DNA of 64,000 nt from an uncultured Desulfarculus sp. (GCA_963665125.2 CAXXUK010000001.1:1920001-1984000); one strand, 5' to 3'. Positions 9,508 to 18,934 are shown, counted from the stretch's first letter. Program-made: numbers and translations. The notes: generated from the letters alone by a model not told the origin.

Positions 9508-10890
9508 GTCTTTCCAGCCATACCGGGCCATTTTCTGGTACAAGCCGCTGCGATGGATGCCCAGTACGTCGGCCGCCCGGCTGCGGTTGCCGCCGCAGGC
9601 GTCCAGGGCCCTTTGAATGGCCTGGCGCTCGGCGTGCTCCACGGCGTCGCGCATGGTGCCCAAAGGCAAATCCGCTTCGGCCCTATGGCCCGCATGGTGC
9701 AACTCCGGCGGCAGATCCGCCTCCTTCAAATCGCCGCTTCCGGCCTGGGCCGAAGCCCGCTCCAGGGCGTTGCGCAACTCCCGTACGTTGCCGGGCCAGT
9801 CGTGGGCCTTCAACAGATCCATGGCCCCTGGCCGCACGGTTCGGGGCGCCCTGGTGGCCTCGGCGCGGATATGGGCCAGAAGGGAATACACTAGGCGGGG
9901 GATGTCCTCGGCTATCGCCCTCAGCGGCGGAGTGAACAAGCGGAAAATATTCAATCGGTAGAACAGGTCCTGACGAAAACGGCCCTGTTTCATCATCTCT
10001 TCCAAATCGCGGTTGGTGGCGGCGATGACCCGGAAATCCAGGTCCAGAACCTTGGTGCCGCCAAGGCGCTCCACCTGGCGCTCCTGGATCACCCTAAGCA
10101 GTTTGGCCTGCATCTGGGGAGCCAGCTCGCCCACCTCGTCCAGAAAAATGGTGCCGCCGTGGGCCAGTTCGAAGCGGCCCGGCTTGCCCTGGCGGCTGGC
10201 CCCGGTAAATGCGCCCGCTTCATAACCGAAAAGCTCGGCCTCGAACAATTCGCCGGGGATGGCCGCGCAGTTGACCCGCACGAATGGTTTATCCCGCCGC
10301 GAACTCATCTGGTGGATGGCGTGGGCGAACAGTTCCTTGCCCGTGCCGGTCTCGCCGGTTATCAACACGGCCAATTCCGATGCCGCGGCCTGGGCCGCCA
10401 CCCGCTTGGCGCTTTGCATGGGTTTTGATTGGCCGATGATGCTGTCCAGGGAATAGCGCCTGCCGTAGAGCTGCTTTAGTTCCTTTTCATAATAATCCAG
10501 GCGGCCTTCCAAGACCTGGGCCTGGCGGATGAGTTCCTGTAGTTGTTCCGGATTCCAAAACAACAGTTTGCCCGCCGCGCCCACCACCCGGCCGTCGGCG
10601 TCTTTGAGGGGGATTCGGGCGATGACGATCTGCCTTCCGCCTATGACGTACATCCGGCCTATCTCGGCCTTGCCCGTCTTGACCACCCGCTCCAGGAGGC
10701 TGTCCGGGTCCACCTCGGCCAGGGGGCGGCCCAGGGCCTGTTCCTTGGCCAGGCCGCGGTATTCCAGACCCGCCTCGCTTACAAAACGAACCACCCCCTC
10801 CGCGTCGATGACGATCAACGACTCGTGAGGGTTTTCCAGAAGAGCTTCCAGCAGTTCGGGACTCATTTCCTGATGTGATTTTTTCGCCAC
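9496..10890 (-). CDS. sigma54-dependent transcriptional activator (PAS-AAA+-Fis HTH)
   Basis: GETGTGKE, GAFTGA, FLDEVGE, FRQDLFYRL, WPGNVREL, C-terminal HTH; N-terminal PAS-like region. Confidence 0.96.
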   Translation of the reverse strand: MAKKSHQEMSPELLEALLENPHESLIVIDAEGVVRFVSEAGLEYRGLAKEQALGRPLAEVDPDSLLERVVKTGKAEIGRMYVIGGRQIVIARIPLKDADGRVVGAAGKLLFWNPEQLQELIRQAQVLEGRLDYYEKELKQLYGRRYSLDSIIGQSKPMQSAKRVAAQAAASELAVLITGETGTGKELFAHAIHQMSSRRDKPFVRVNCAAIPGELFEAELFGYEAGAFTGASRQGKPGRFELAHGGTIFLDEVGELAPQMQAKLLRVIQERQVERLGGTKVLDLDFRVIAATNRDLEEMMKQGRFRQDLFYRLNIFRLFTPPLRAIAEDIPRLVYSLLAHIRAEATRAPRTVRPGAMDLLKAHDWPGNVRELRNALERASAQAGSGDLKEADLPPELHHAGHRAEADLPLGTMRDAVEHAERQAIQRALDACGGNRSRAADVLGIHRSGLYQKMARYGWKDGNV

Positions 10891-11009
10891 GACGCCCGCC
10901 TTTCCATATGCTGATTGTACATAATTTTAGACAGCACGGACAGCTTGACTTTTACATCTTTCCGGCCTCAGTCTATTTTCATATGTCATTAAAAACGTTG
11001 GAGACAGCG

Positions 11010-11714
11010 ATGAGCCCTAGCAACGGCTTTGAGGGTTTCGGGCCCAAATCGGAAGACTTTTTTGTTCAACTGGCGGCCAACAACAGCAAGCAATGGTTCG
11101 AGGCCCACCGAAGCCAATACGACAACCATGTCCTGAAACCGGCCAAGGCATTCATCGAAGAGATGGGCGCACTGCTGGGCGAGGCCGTACCGGGGTTGCA
11201 CGCCGAGCCCAAGGTCAACAGGTCGCTGTTCAAAATCCATCGGGACACCCGCTTCGCCAAGGACAAGACCCCGTTCAAGGGCCATCTGGGCATTTGGCTG
11301 TGGGAAGGCGAGGCCCCGCGCATGCACTGCTCGGGCTTTTACTTTCACCTGGAACCAGGACGGCTGATGGTCGGCGCGGGGATATACATGTTTCCCAGGG
11401 AAATCATCGACGAGTTCCGCAGATCGGTTGTCCACGTCAAACAGGGGCCGGCCCTGGCCAAGGCCATGGATGAGGTGAGGGCCCGGGGTTACGTGGTGGG
11501 CGGCCAGCGGCTCAGGCGCACGCCCAAGGGCTATGACCCGGATCACGAACTGGCGGATCTGCTTTTGTACAAGGGCCTGTTTGCCATGGATGACAGCCCC
11601 ATGCCCAAGGAGGCGGTATCAGAAGCCCTGGTGGACTACTGCCTGGAACGCTGGACGGCAATGCTGCCCCTGCACCAATGGCTAGCGGCAATGGTGGCGC
11701 GGGCCGCCGGATAG
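11010..11714 (+). CDS. DUF2461 family protein
   Basis: NNSKQWF, IHRDTRFAKDKTPFK and GFYFHL motifs; start at MSPSNGF. Confidence 0.85.
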   Translation: MSPSNGFEGFGPKSEDFFVQLAANNSKQWFEAHRSQYDNHVLKPAKAFIEEMGALLGEAVPGLHAEPKVNRSLFKIHRDTRFAKDKTPFKGHLGIWLWEGEAPRMHCSGFYFHLEPGRLMVGAGIYMFPREIIDEFRRSVVHVKQGPALAKAMDEVRARGYVVGGQRLRRTPKGYDPDHELADLLLYKGLFAMDDSPMPKEAVSEALVDYCLERWTAMLPLHQWLAAMVARAAG

Positions 11715-11749
11715 CCGATGACCCGCGAAACCGGCCGGGTCGTTTATGG

Positions 11750-12136
11750 CTACAGCTTGGAAAAGATGGCTTCGATCTTTTCGCCCAAGGTCTCGGCCGT
11801 AAAGGGCTTGACGATATAATTGCTAACCTTGGCCTTGGCCGCCTCCAGGATGTTTTCCTTCTGGGCCTCGGCGGTGACCATCAAAAACGGCAGGTCGCAA
11901 AACTCATCGCTGGACCGGACAAATCTCAGCAGTTCCAGGCCCGTCATCTTGGGCATGTTCCAATCGCTGACAATAAAGTCGATACGCTCGGTTTCCAGCT
12001 TGGACACGGCGATCTCGCCGTCCTCGGCCTCAACGATATTTTCGTAGCCCAATTGCCGCAGGGAGTTCTTTACAATACGGCGCATTGTCGCGAAATCGTC
12101 AACCACCAAAATCTTCAGTTTCTTATCAATTTGCAT
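11750..12136 (-). CDS. cheY: chemotaxis response regulator CheY
   Basis: [36 protein letters not shown]. Confidence 0.9.
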   Translation of the reverse strand: MQIDKKLKILVVDDFATMRRIVKNSLRQLGYENIVEAEDGEIAVSKLETERIDFIVSDWNMPKMTGLELLRFVRSSDEFCDLPFLMVTAEAQKENILEAAKAKVSNYIVKPFTAETLGEKIEAIFSKL

Positions 12137-12342
12137 TATCGCCACCCCAACGCATTACCACTGCCACTTCCACAATACGTAGAAAAACACCCCAAACCGT
12201 AATTGAGCATCTAATCTATCGTCCCCAAACCGCCGGGTCAATCCATTCCATGCTTGTCGGCAAATTGCAACATCACCGGTCTTGGCCAAACTTGTTGGTT
12301 TGTGTTTCAATATTAATAAGTTCCGCTCGAAAGGAGTCGCAT

Positions 12343-13878
12343 ATGAACCAGAAACCGGTCTTGGTCACCGGCGCGACCGGATACGTGGGGGGGCGGCTGG
12401 TGCCCCGGCTGCTGAACTCCGGCCACAAGGTCCGGGCCGCCGGAAGGTCAATCGAAAAGCTGGCCTGCCGTCCCTGGGCCGCGCACCCCGATGTCGAATT
12501 GGCGGTTGCCGATGCAAAGGACGTCCAGTCCATGGCCAAGGCCCTGGCGGGCTGCCGGGCCGCGTATTACCTGGTCCACTCCATGAATCCCTCAACGACC
12601 GACTTTGCCAAAACCGATCGCCTGGCCGCCCTGAACATGGCCGCTGCGGCGGAATATGCCGGACTCGAGCAAATAATCTACTTGGGCGGATTATTGCCGC
12701 CGGGGCCCAATATCAGCCACCACCTGGCCTCCCGGGCCCAAGTGGCGGCCGTGCTACGGTCCGGGAAAACGCCGGTGACCTGGCTGTGCGCGGCCATGCT
12801 CCTCGGCGCCGGCAGCGCCTCGTTCGAACTGATGCGTTATCTGGTGGACCGCCTGCCGCTGATGATCGCTCCCCGCTGGGTCCGCACCAGGGTCCAGCCC
12901 ATAGCCGTGGAAAACGCCCTGGGCTATCTGGAAGGCTGCCTGGACAACCCCCAGGCCATGGGACGCACCTTTGATATCGGCGGGCCCGAGGTCACGACTT
13001 ATGAGGACCTTTTCCAAACCTATGCCCGGCTGGCGGGTCTGCGGCGGCGCTGGATCATCCCAGTGCCGGTATTGACTCCCAAGCTCAGTTCCTATTGGAT
13101 CCACCTGATCACGCCCATACCGGCGGCCCTGGCCCAGCCTCTGGCCGAGGGATTGAGCAATGAGGTTGTGATGGGCGATGACGGCATCCGCCAAGTCGTG
13201 CCCCAGCGGCTCATCGGCTGCGAAGAGGCCATCGCCCGCAGCCTGGAGCGCATAGCCCAGCAAAAGGTGGAAACCTGCTGGCTGGACGCGGGCCATGTGC
13301 TGCCGCCGGAGTGGGTTTATTGCGCGGACACCAATTTCGCAGGGGGCACGATACTCCAATGCGCCTATCGACTAAAGCTGGCCGCCGAACCACGGCAAAT
13401 CTGGCCCATAGTGACCAGCCTGGGCGGCGATACCGGTTGGCTCCACGCAGACTGGCTTTGGCGGCTGCGAGGTTTTGCGGACAGGCTCATCGGCGGTGTG
13501 GGCCTGTCGCGGGGCCGCAGGCACCCCGGAGAGATGGGCCCCGGCGACGCCCTGGATTTCTGGCGGGTCCTGGAAGTAGCCGAACCCCGGCGGTTGCTGC
13601 TGCTGGCCGAGATGAAGCTGCCCGGCGAGGCTGTCCTGGAGCTTCAGGTGGAGCCTCTGGACCACGGCCAAAGCGAACTGCGGGTCATTGCCCGATTCCT
13701 GCCCCGCGGCCTGGCCGGTTTGGCCTATTGGTACGGCGTGCTGCCTTTGCACGGCTATGTTTTCAAGGGATTGATCCGAAAGATCGCCCAGGCCACCGGA
13801 GCCCGGCCGTTGAACGAACCGGAGCCGTTCGACCCAACCGAGGCCCTGAGTTGCCGTGTCAGGCCGCCTCAGGACTGA
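12343..13878 (+). CDS. atypical SDR (NAD-binding) protein with DUF2867-like C-terminal domain (YbjT-like)
   Basis: VTGATGYVGG, YYLVHSM, GSASFE, GDALDFWRV, AEMKLPGEA; AAGGAG RBS. Confidence 0.88.
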   Translation: MNQKPVLVTGATGYVGGRLVPRLLNSGHKVRAAGRSIEKLACRPWAAHPDVELAVADAKDVQSMAKALAGCRAAYYLVHSMNPSTTDFAKTDRLAALNMAAAAEYAGLEQIIYLGGLLPPGPNISHHLASRAQVAAVLRSGKTPVTWLCAAMLLGAGSASFELMRYLVDRLPLMIAPRWVRTRVQPIAVENALGYLEGCLDNPQAMGRTFDIGGPEVTTYEDLFQTYARLAGLRRRWIIPVPVLTPKLSSYWIHLITPIPAALAQPLAEGLSNEVVMGDDGIRQVVPQRLIGCEEAIARSLERIAQQKVETCWLDAGHVLPPEWVYCADTNFAGGTILQCAYRLKLAAEPRQIWPIVTSLGGDTGWLHADWLWRLRGFADRLIGGVGLSRGRRHPGEMGPGDALDFWRVLEVAEPRRLLLLAEMKLPGEAVLELQVEPLDHGQSELRVIARFLPRGLAGLAYWYGVLPLHGYVFKGLIRKIAQATGARPLNEPEPFDPTEALSCRVRPPQD

Positions 13879-14498
13879 GACAGCCCCCCGGCAAAGGCCC
13901 GGCCCAGACGTTCCATGAGGTCCATGGGCGTATCCTTGCCCAGGCCCGCGGCCGCGCCGAACCAGAAAAAACCGCAAGAAGTGGCCAAGACCATCAGGGC
14001 CAGTTCATCGATCCGCTCGCCGGGCCAGCCCATGGCCATGGCCGCCGGACCCAGCATCTCGGAAAGCATGGTGATGTGTTCGCGGAGCCGCAGGGAGATG
14101 TCCCTTGCCGCCGGGGTGTCCGATTCCAGGGAACAGGCCTGGACCAACACCGACGCGGCGTCGGGCCTCAGTTGGAAATAGCGCAAATGCACCGAGCCCA
14201 CCCCGGCCAAAACGCTCATCGCGTCCGTGGGGGCCAGGGCCACCGGCCTCACCCGGCGGGCCACATCGCCCAGGATATGATCAACCAGCTCAACCACGAA
14301 CTGGTCCTTGCTGGCGAAATGGGTGAAGAACGTGCCCTTACCCACGCCGACGGCCTTGGTGATGTGCTCCACCTTGCAGGCGGCCAGGCCTTTTTCGGCG
14401 ATCAGGCGCACGCCGTGCTCCCTAAGTTGTTTGGCAACTTCCAGGCGGCGCTTTTGGGCCTTGCCCAGGCCATTGGGCGAATTTGCTGAACTGTTCAA
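13869..14498 (-). CDS. TetR/AcrR family regulator
   Basis: HTH ITKAVGVGKGTFFTHFASKD; start uncertain. Confidence 0.85.
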   Translation of the reverse strand: MNSSANSPNGLGKAQKRRLEVAKQLREHGVRLIAEKGLAACKVEHITKAVGVGKGTFFTHFASKDQFVVELVDHILGDVARRVRPVALAPTDAMSVLAGVGSVHLRYFQLRPDAASVLVQACSLESDTPAARDISLRLREHITMLSEMLGPAAMAMGWPGERIDELALMVLATSCGFFWFGAAAGLGKDTPMDLMERLGRAFAGGLSQS

Positions 14499-14560
14499 GT
14501 AGTTCGTCCTCTCCGGGCGGGAATTAGACTAATGCGAATATGCCCGCTTGCGGGTTTTCT

Positions 14561-14580
14561 GTCAACCATACCCGGTTGAC
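14561..14580. promoter_or_regulatory. palindrome between divergent genes (operator or back-to-back -35 boxes)
   Basis: GTCAACC-N6-GGTTGAC. Confidence 0.4.
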
Positions 14581-14651
14581 TAATGCAACCCCGACGGTCT
14601 AAGGTCGTTTATGGGCAACGGAGTATTTCAACACAGTCATTAGGAGTTTCT

Positions 14652-15185
14652 ATGGGCGTACCAGCAGCTGACCGCGAACTGTTCGAGGCCATGGACCGTG
14701 ATCAATTGCAGGAATACATCTTCATGCAGATCAAAAACATCTGGCGTGTTGACGGCATGTATTTCCTGGGCATTGAAAAACGCCATGATATTCAGGAGGC
14801 TACGGACGTAGACGCCGAGTGCTGGCGTTACATGGGCAAGGTCGAGGCCAAGGAGCTGAAAAAATTCCTGGGCATCGCGGAGCCCGATCCGGCCCAGGTG
14901 CTCTATTTGCTGCGCCATTCTTCATGGGCTGTCAGCCATGATCTAAAGGCCTTCGAAGTGCGCGACGACGGCACGGCCATGTTCGAGGTGCATACCTGCC
15001 GCACCCAACAGATCCGCCTGAGCAAAAACTTGGACGTGCACCCCTGCCGCCAGGTGCGCGAAGGCTATCTCCAGGCCTTTACCACCGAATGCAACCCCAA
15101 GGTGGCCCTGGAGACGGTGTGTTGTCCGCCGGACAGGTGCGAAGACGAAAAGATCTGGTGCCGCTGGGTCTTCAAGTGGGCTTAA
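14652..15185 (+). CDS. DUF6125-like Cys-containing protein
   Basis: WRVDGMYFLGIE, CRTQ..R...HPC, CCPPD...WCRW pattern; AGGAG RBS. Confidence 0.7.
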   Translation: MGVPAADRELFEAMDRDQLQEYIFMQIKNIWRVDGMYFLGIEKRHDIQEATDVDAECWRYMGKVEAKELKKFLGIAEPDPAQVLYLLRHSSWAVSHDLKAFEVRDDGTAMFEVHTCRTQQIRLSKNLDVHPCRQVREGYLQAFTTECNPKVALETVCCPPDRCEDEKIWCRWVFKWA

Positions 15186-15192
15186 CCAATTA

Positions 15193-15226
15193 AAACGGGC
15201 CCCGCCAACCCCGGCGAGGCCCGTTT
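15193..15226. terminator. bidirectional terminator
   Basis: AAACGGGCC...GGCCCGTTT hairpin between convergent genes. Confidence 0.65.
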
Positions 15227-15233
15227 CAAATAA

Positions 15234-15749
15234 TCAGACCAGCGCCCTGGCTGCGGCCAGGGCCGCGTCGTAATCCGGCTCGGTGGCCACCTCCTTGACG
15301 AGCTGGTAATAGCGAATTACGCCTTGGCGATCCAGAACCAGCACGGCCCTGGCCAACAGGCGCAGTTCATTTATCAACAAGCCATAGGCCTGGCCAAAGG
15401 CGGCCTCGCGGTGATCGCTGAGGGTGACGACCTGGTCCACGCCGGCTTGGCCGCACCAGCGCTTTTGGGCAAACGGCAGATCCATGCTCACGGTGAGAAT
15501 GACCACGTCACCGCCCAAGGCGGCGGCCTCGGAGTTGAAACGGCGGGTCTGGATGTCACACACACCGGTGTCCAGCGATGGCACCACGCTGACAATCACC
15601 ACTTTGCCCGCGTAATCGCTTATTTTCTTTTGGGCCAAGTCATTGTCGAGCAAGACGGCGTCGGGCGCCTTTTCACCCACTTTGATTTCATTGCCGACCA
15701 GGGTCAACGGGTTGCCGCCCATGGTGATGGCTCCGCTTCTTTCGCTCAT
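15234..15749 (-). CDS. tpx: thiol peroxidase (atypical 2-Cys peroxiredoxin)
   Basis: VPSLDTGVC, SMDLPFAQKRWC, LLARAV, EPDYD. Confidence 0.95.
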   Translation of the reverse strand: MSERSGAITMGGNPLTLVGNEIKVGEKAPDAVLLDNDLAQKKISDYAGKVVIVSVVPSLDTGVCDIQTRRFNSEAAALGGDVVILTVSMDLPFAQKRWCGQAGVDQVVTLSDHREAAFGQAYGLLINELRLLARAVLVLDRQGVIRYYQLVKEVATEPDYDAALAAARALV

Positions 15750-15832
15750 ATCAGCCTCCAAATAACCGCGCGGCCATATTGCCGCACGTCATTTACAAAT
15801 TATCACCCAAGGCCCTCAAACCGGCTCCAATG

Positions 15833-16531
15833 TTAGTGCTTTTTCAGCGGCTTCTCAAAATGTTGATAATCCTTGAGTGAAGTCCAGTTGCCGCCCCAAT
15901 CCCATCCCAACCTTAAAAAGGCCCGCACAATCGGATGATCGGCAGCGAGCGCCCCCTTGTCATTTACTGGGTCGTAGCTGGCGCCCTTGGGCAGGATGGT
16001 GTCGCCCTTGATGTAAGGATTCTGGCGGGGATTGATGTCGATGGCCCGGCCGTAGGCGTGCTTGGACAGGCGCGTGCCCCCCGTAACCAGCCGGTAATTG
16101 AAGGCCGATGTATTGTTGGCATCCATGGAAAGGTCGTCGTCCCAGCGTCCGTCCTTGCGAAAGCGCTGGTCGGAAATCGGAATGACCGAATGGATCGGAA
16201 AGCGTTCCTTCAAGGCCAGGTCGAATACCTGCCTGATGTCATCGGCCACTTCGGCGTCAACCACCAATTGCCCCTGGTGCACCTTTTGGTCCGACGAATA
16301 ATACTTTACTTCAACCACCACCTGTCTGGCCCGGATATCGGCCGGGCAATTTTGATCCAGGCCTTCGAAGGCCTCGGCAACGGTCATGTTGCTGTCGATG
16401 ACCGGCTGTTCGATGGTCCCGGTTGCCGCCGTTCCGGCGGACAACGCAAGATTGGCCGGCGCCCAGGCCAGGACCGTCAAGAGGAACAGCAGGCACGTGA
16501 AAACAATACGGCGGTGTCCGGACAAGATCAT
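15833..16531 (-). CDS. exported M15 family metallopeptidase (peptidoglycan carboxypeptidase-like)
   Basis: Signal peptide; SAFNYR, SKHAYGRAID (SxHxxGxAxD), WGGNW...DYQHFE; GAGGAG RBS. Confidence 0.88.
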   Translation of the reverse strand: MILSGHRRIVFTCLLFLLTVLAWAPANLALSAGTAATGTIEQPVIDSNMTVAEAFEGLDQNCPADIRARQVVVEVKYYSSDQKVHQGQLVVDAEVADDIRQVFDLALKERFPIHSVIPISDQRFRKDGRWDDDLSMDANNTSAFNYRLVTGGTRLSKHAYGRAIDINPRQNPYIKGDTILPKGASYDPVNDKGALAADHPIVRAFLRLGWDWGGNWTSLKDYQHFEKPLKKH

Positions 16532-16704
16532 GATCTCCTCAATCGCTTGCTTATCAACAGGTTGAGTTGCAACATTGGCTGGCAAAGGGTCGGCGTAGTT
16601 AACAAAGGGCTTCACCATTCGCCGAGCATTGCATTAGATTAATTATAGGTCCACCATCAATGCAGGCTAAACGATTTATCATGCAATGGCCTGCATTTTA
16701 TTTC

Positions 16705-16746
16705 TTGACAAAAATTATCAAATCATGAATAGTAATCATTATCATT
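16705..16746 (+). promoter_or_regulatory. rubrerythrin promoter with Fur/PerR-type box
   Basis: TTGACA at 16705; AATAGTAATCATTATCATT (16728-16746) over the expected -10 region. Confidence 0.65.
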
Positions 16747-16770
16747 TAAATCCAAAAGGGGAGACCAAAT

Positions 16771-17268
16771 ATGTCCAAGACCACAGCCAACCTCCAGGAA
16801 GCCTTTGCCGGTGAATCCCAGGCCAACCGTAAATATCTTGCCTTTGCCAAAAAAGCCGACGAGGAAGGCTATAAGCAGGTAGCCCGCCTGTTCCGGGCCG
16901 CTGCCGAAGCCGAGACCGTGCATGCCCATGCCCACCTGCGGGCCCTCAAGGGCGTTGGCTCCACGGCCGACAACCTCAAAGAGGCCGTGGCCGGCGAGAC
17001 CCACGAGTTCAAGAACATGTATCCCGGCATGATCGCCGAAGCAGAGGCCGAGGGTGAAAAGGAAGCCTTGCGCAGCTTTTCCTACGCCAACACCGTAGAG
17101 GAAACCCACGCAGGTCTTTACCAAAAGGCCCTGGACGCCCTGGGCAGCGATATGGGTGACTATCCCTACTATGTCTGCCCGGTCTGCGGCCACACCGAAG
17201 AGAACGAGGCCCCGGAGCGCTGCCCGGTCTGCAATGCCAAGGGATCGCGTTTCATAAAGATCGACTAG
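16771..17268 (+). CDS. rbr: rubrerythrin
   Basis: AFAGESQA, ExxH diiron motifs, C-terminal CPVCG...CPVC rubredoxin-like site. Confidence 0.95.
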   Translation: MSKTTANLQEAFAGESQANRKYLAFAKKADEEGYKQVARLFRAAAEAETVHAHAHLRALKGVGSTADNLKEAVAGETHEFKNMYPGMIAEAEAEGEKEALRSFSYANTVEETHAGLYQKALDALGSDMGDYPYYVCPVCGHTEENEAPERCPVCNAKGSRFIKID

Positions 17269-17290
17269 CCCGGTTTACCCGGATATGAAT

Positions 17291-17328
17291 AGCCCCGCGG
17301 CCTGTTCTTGGCCGCGGGGCTTGTTTTT
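17291..17328 (+). terminator. intrinsic terminator
   Basis: AGCCCCGCGGCC/GGCCGCGGGGCT stem followed by T tract. Confidence 0.8.
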
Positions 17329-17408
17329 GTGTTCAGGTCACGGCCGGGCAACAGGCCAATTCATCCGCCGGTTCGGATGGCTTGACACGCGTCTTTATGC
17401 CTGATACA

Positions 17409-17426
17409 AGTAAGTATGTACTTACT
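17409..17426. promoter_or_regulatory. TetR operator candidate
   Basis: AGTAAGTA-TG-TACTTACT palindrome downstream of TTGACA (17382) and just before the tetR start. Confidence 0.7.
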
Positions 17427-17440
17427 ACAGAGGCGGAAAC

Positions 17441-18043
17441 ATGACCCCCGGTGACAACCGAATGAGCGCGGAGCAAAGAAAGCTACTCATCTTGGAGGCG
17501 GCGCTTGATGTGTTTGCTCATAAGGGTTTCAGTGGAGCGCGCACCAAGGAAATCGCCAGCGAGGCGGGGGTAAGTGAAACTATTTTATTTCGTCATTTCA
17601 AGAACAAAGATAACCTATACGCCGAGGCGTTACAATATCTTTTCGCCCACCACCCGGTGGGAGAGGAGATGGAGCCGGTCATGCGGGCAGGCGATGACCG
17701 GCAAGTGCTATACACCATCGCCCGGCACATCATGGAGCACGTGGGCCGTGACAAACGCATAGTGCGGCTCACTTTCTTCAGCAGCCTGGAGGGCCTCCAC
17801 ACAGCCGAGAACGTGAGGACCCCCATCCGTATTCTGGAAGACTATTTTGCCAAACGCATGCAAGAAGGCGCGCTCCGGGCTAAGGACCCACACCTTGCCG
17901 CGCGCTTTTTCCTTTTCGCTGTGTTTTTGCATGTAACCGATATTCATATGAATTTAGACGGCGAACCCCTGGTGATCAGCGACGATGAGGCCGCCTGGAA
18001 CCTGGCGGACATATTCATGGACGGGCTACTGCCCCGGGAGTAA
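17441..18043 (+). CDS. TetR/AcrR family regulator
   Basis: FAHKGFSGARTKEIASEAGVSETILFRHFKNKDNL. Confidence 0.93.
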   Translation: MTPGDNRMSAEQRKLLILEAALDVFAHKGFSGARTKEIASEAGVSETILFRHFKNKDNLYAEALQYLFAHHPVGEEMEPVMRAGDDRQVLYTIARHIMEHVGRDKRIVRLTFFSSLEGLHTAENVRTPIRILEDYFAKRMQEGALRAKDPHLAARFFLFAVFLHVTDIHMNLDGEPLVISDDEAAWNLADIFMDGLLPRE

Positions 18044-18069
18044 ACTCGGTTTTTTTTATCTTTGAAAAA

Positions 18070-18083
18070 AGTAAGTACTTACT
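18070..18083. promoter_or_regulatory. second related operator
   Basis: AGTAAGTACTTACT perfect palindrome directly upstream of TTGACA before the next gene. Confidence 0.6.
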
Positions 18084-18223
18084 ATCTTGACAGAAGCCTC
18101 CTGAGAAGCCCGCGCAAGGTGTTGGAGCCGGAGAGCAAGGCCGTGGCGGCGGACAGACGACCTAAGATGCTTAAATCAGCGTGGCCTGCAGGCTCTGCTT
18201 ATTAAACCGTAAAGGAGAGAACA

Positions 18224-18934
18224 ATGCGAGACAAGGTGAAATGGTGGGCAGCGGGAGGAGTGCTGATTATTGCTTTCGCCATGACGCTCATGCAGCCGCC
18301 GCAGACCATCAGCCGTATGCTTACCGTTGTGGCAAGCGATCTTGCCATGTATTCGCTATGCATGCATGTCGCGTTTCTGGCCGTACTGGTGGCCGGGCTG
18401 CTGCTGCCCGGCGCCCGGATCCGCATTTTCGGCGGCTTCTTGGGCCTATTGGCCGCCTCGGCCGCCGGTGTCGCGCTCTACTACTTCGTCCTGCCCAACA
18501 TATTGTTGTTCGGTCTCTATTTCGCGCTTATCCTGAATGCCCTTTGGCAGGGCGGGCTGGGCTGGGACCTGGGCAAGACCAATGCCGCGGACCGGCTTTT
18601 CGGCCTCTTAGGCCTGATATTCGGTTTCTGGTACTTGCATTGGGTGCAGAGCCCACTCATGCTCAACGCCCTGTTGCTTTCGCCGCTGGGAGTGTTGAAT
18701 TGCCCCACCATGCTTACCATAAGCGGGTTCTTGTGCCTGGCCAGCCAGCGGCATTCCATGCTGGAGTTGGTCTCCGGCGTGGTGTGCGTATATTTCGGGC
18801 TGTTCGGCATATTCCGTTTGGGCGCCTATGTTGACGTGGCCCTGGTGGCCTGCGGAGCGTATCAGCTTGCCAGACTGGCAATCATAGCCCGCCGGTGCCC
18901 AGCGCAGAAACCCGGCAGACCCGGAAAGGCTTGA
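18224..18934 (+). CDS. multi-pass membrane protein of unknown function
   Basis: About 7 hydrophobic segments; SPLGVLNCPT motif; AGGAG RBS. Confidence 0.75.
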   Translation: MRDKVKWWAAGGVLIIAFAMTLMQPPQTISRMLTVVASDLAMYSLCMHVAFLAVLVAGLLLPGARIRIFGGFLGLLAASAAGVALYYFVLPNILLFGLYFALILNALWQGGLGWDLGKTNAADRLFGLLGLIFGFWYLHWVQSPLMLNALLLSPLGVLNCPTMLTISGFLCLASQRHSMLELVSGVVCVYFGLFGIFRLGAYVDVALVACGAYQLARLAIIARRCPAQKPGRPGKA

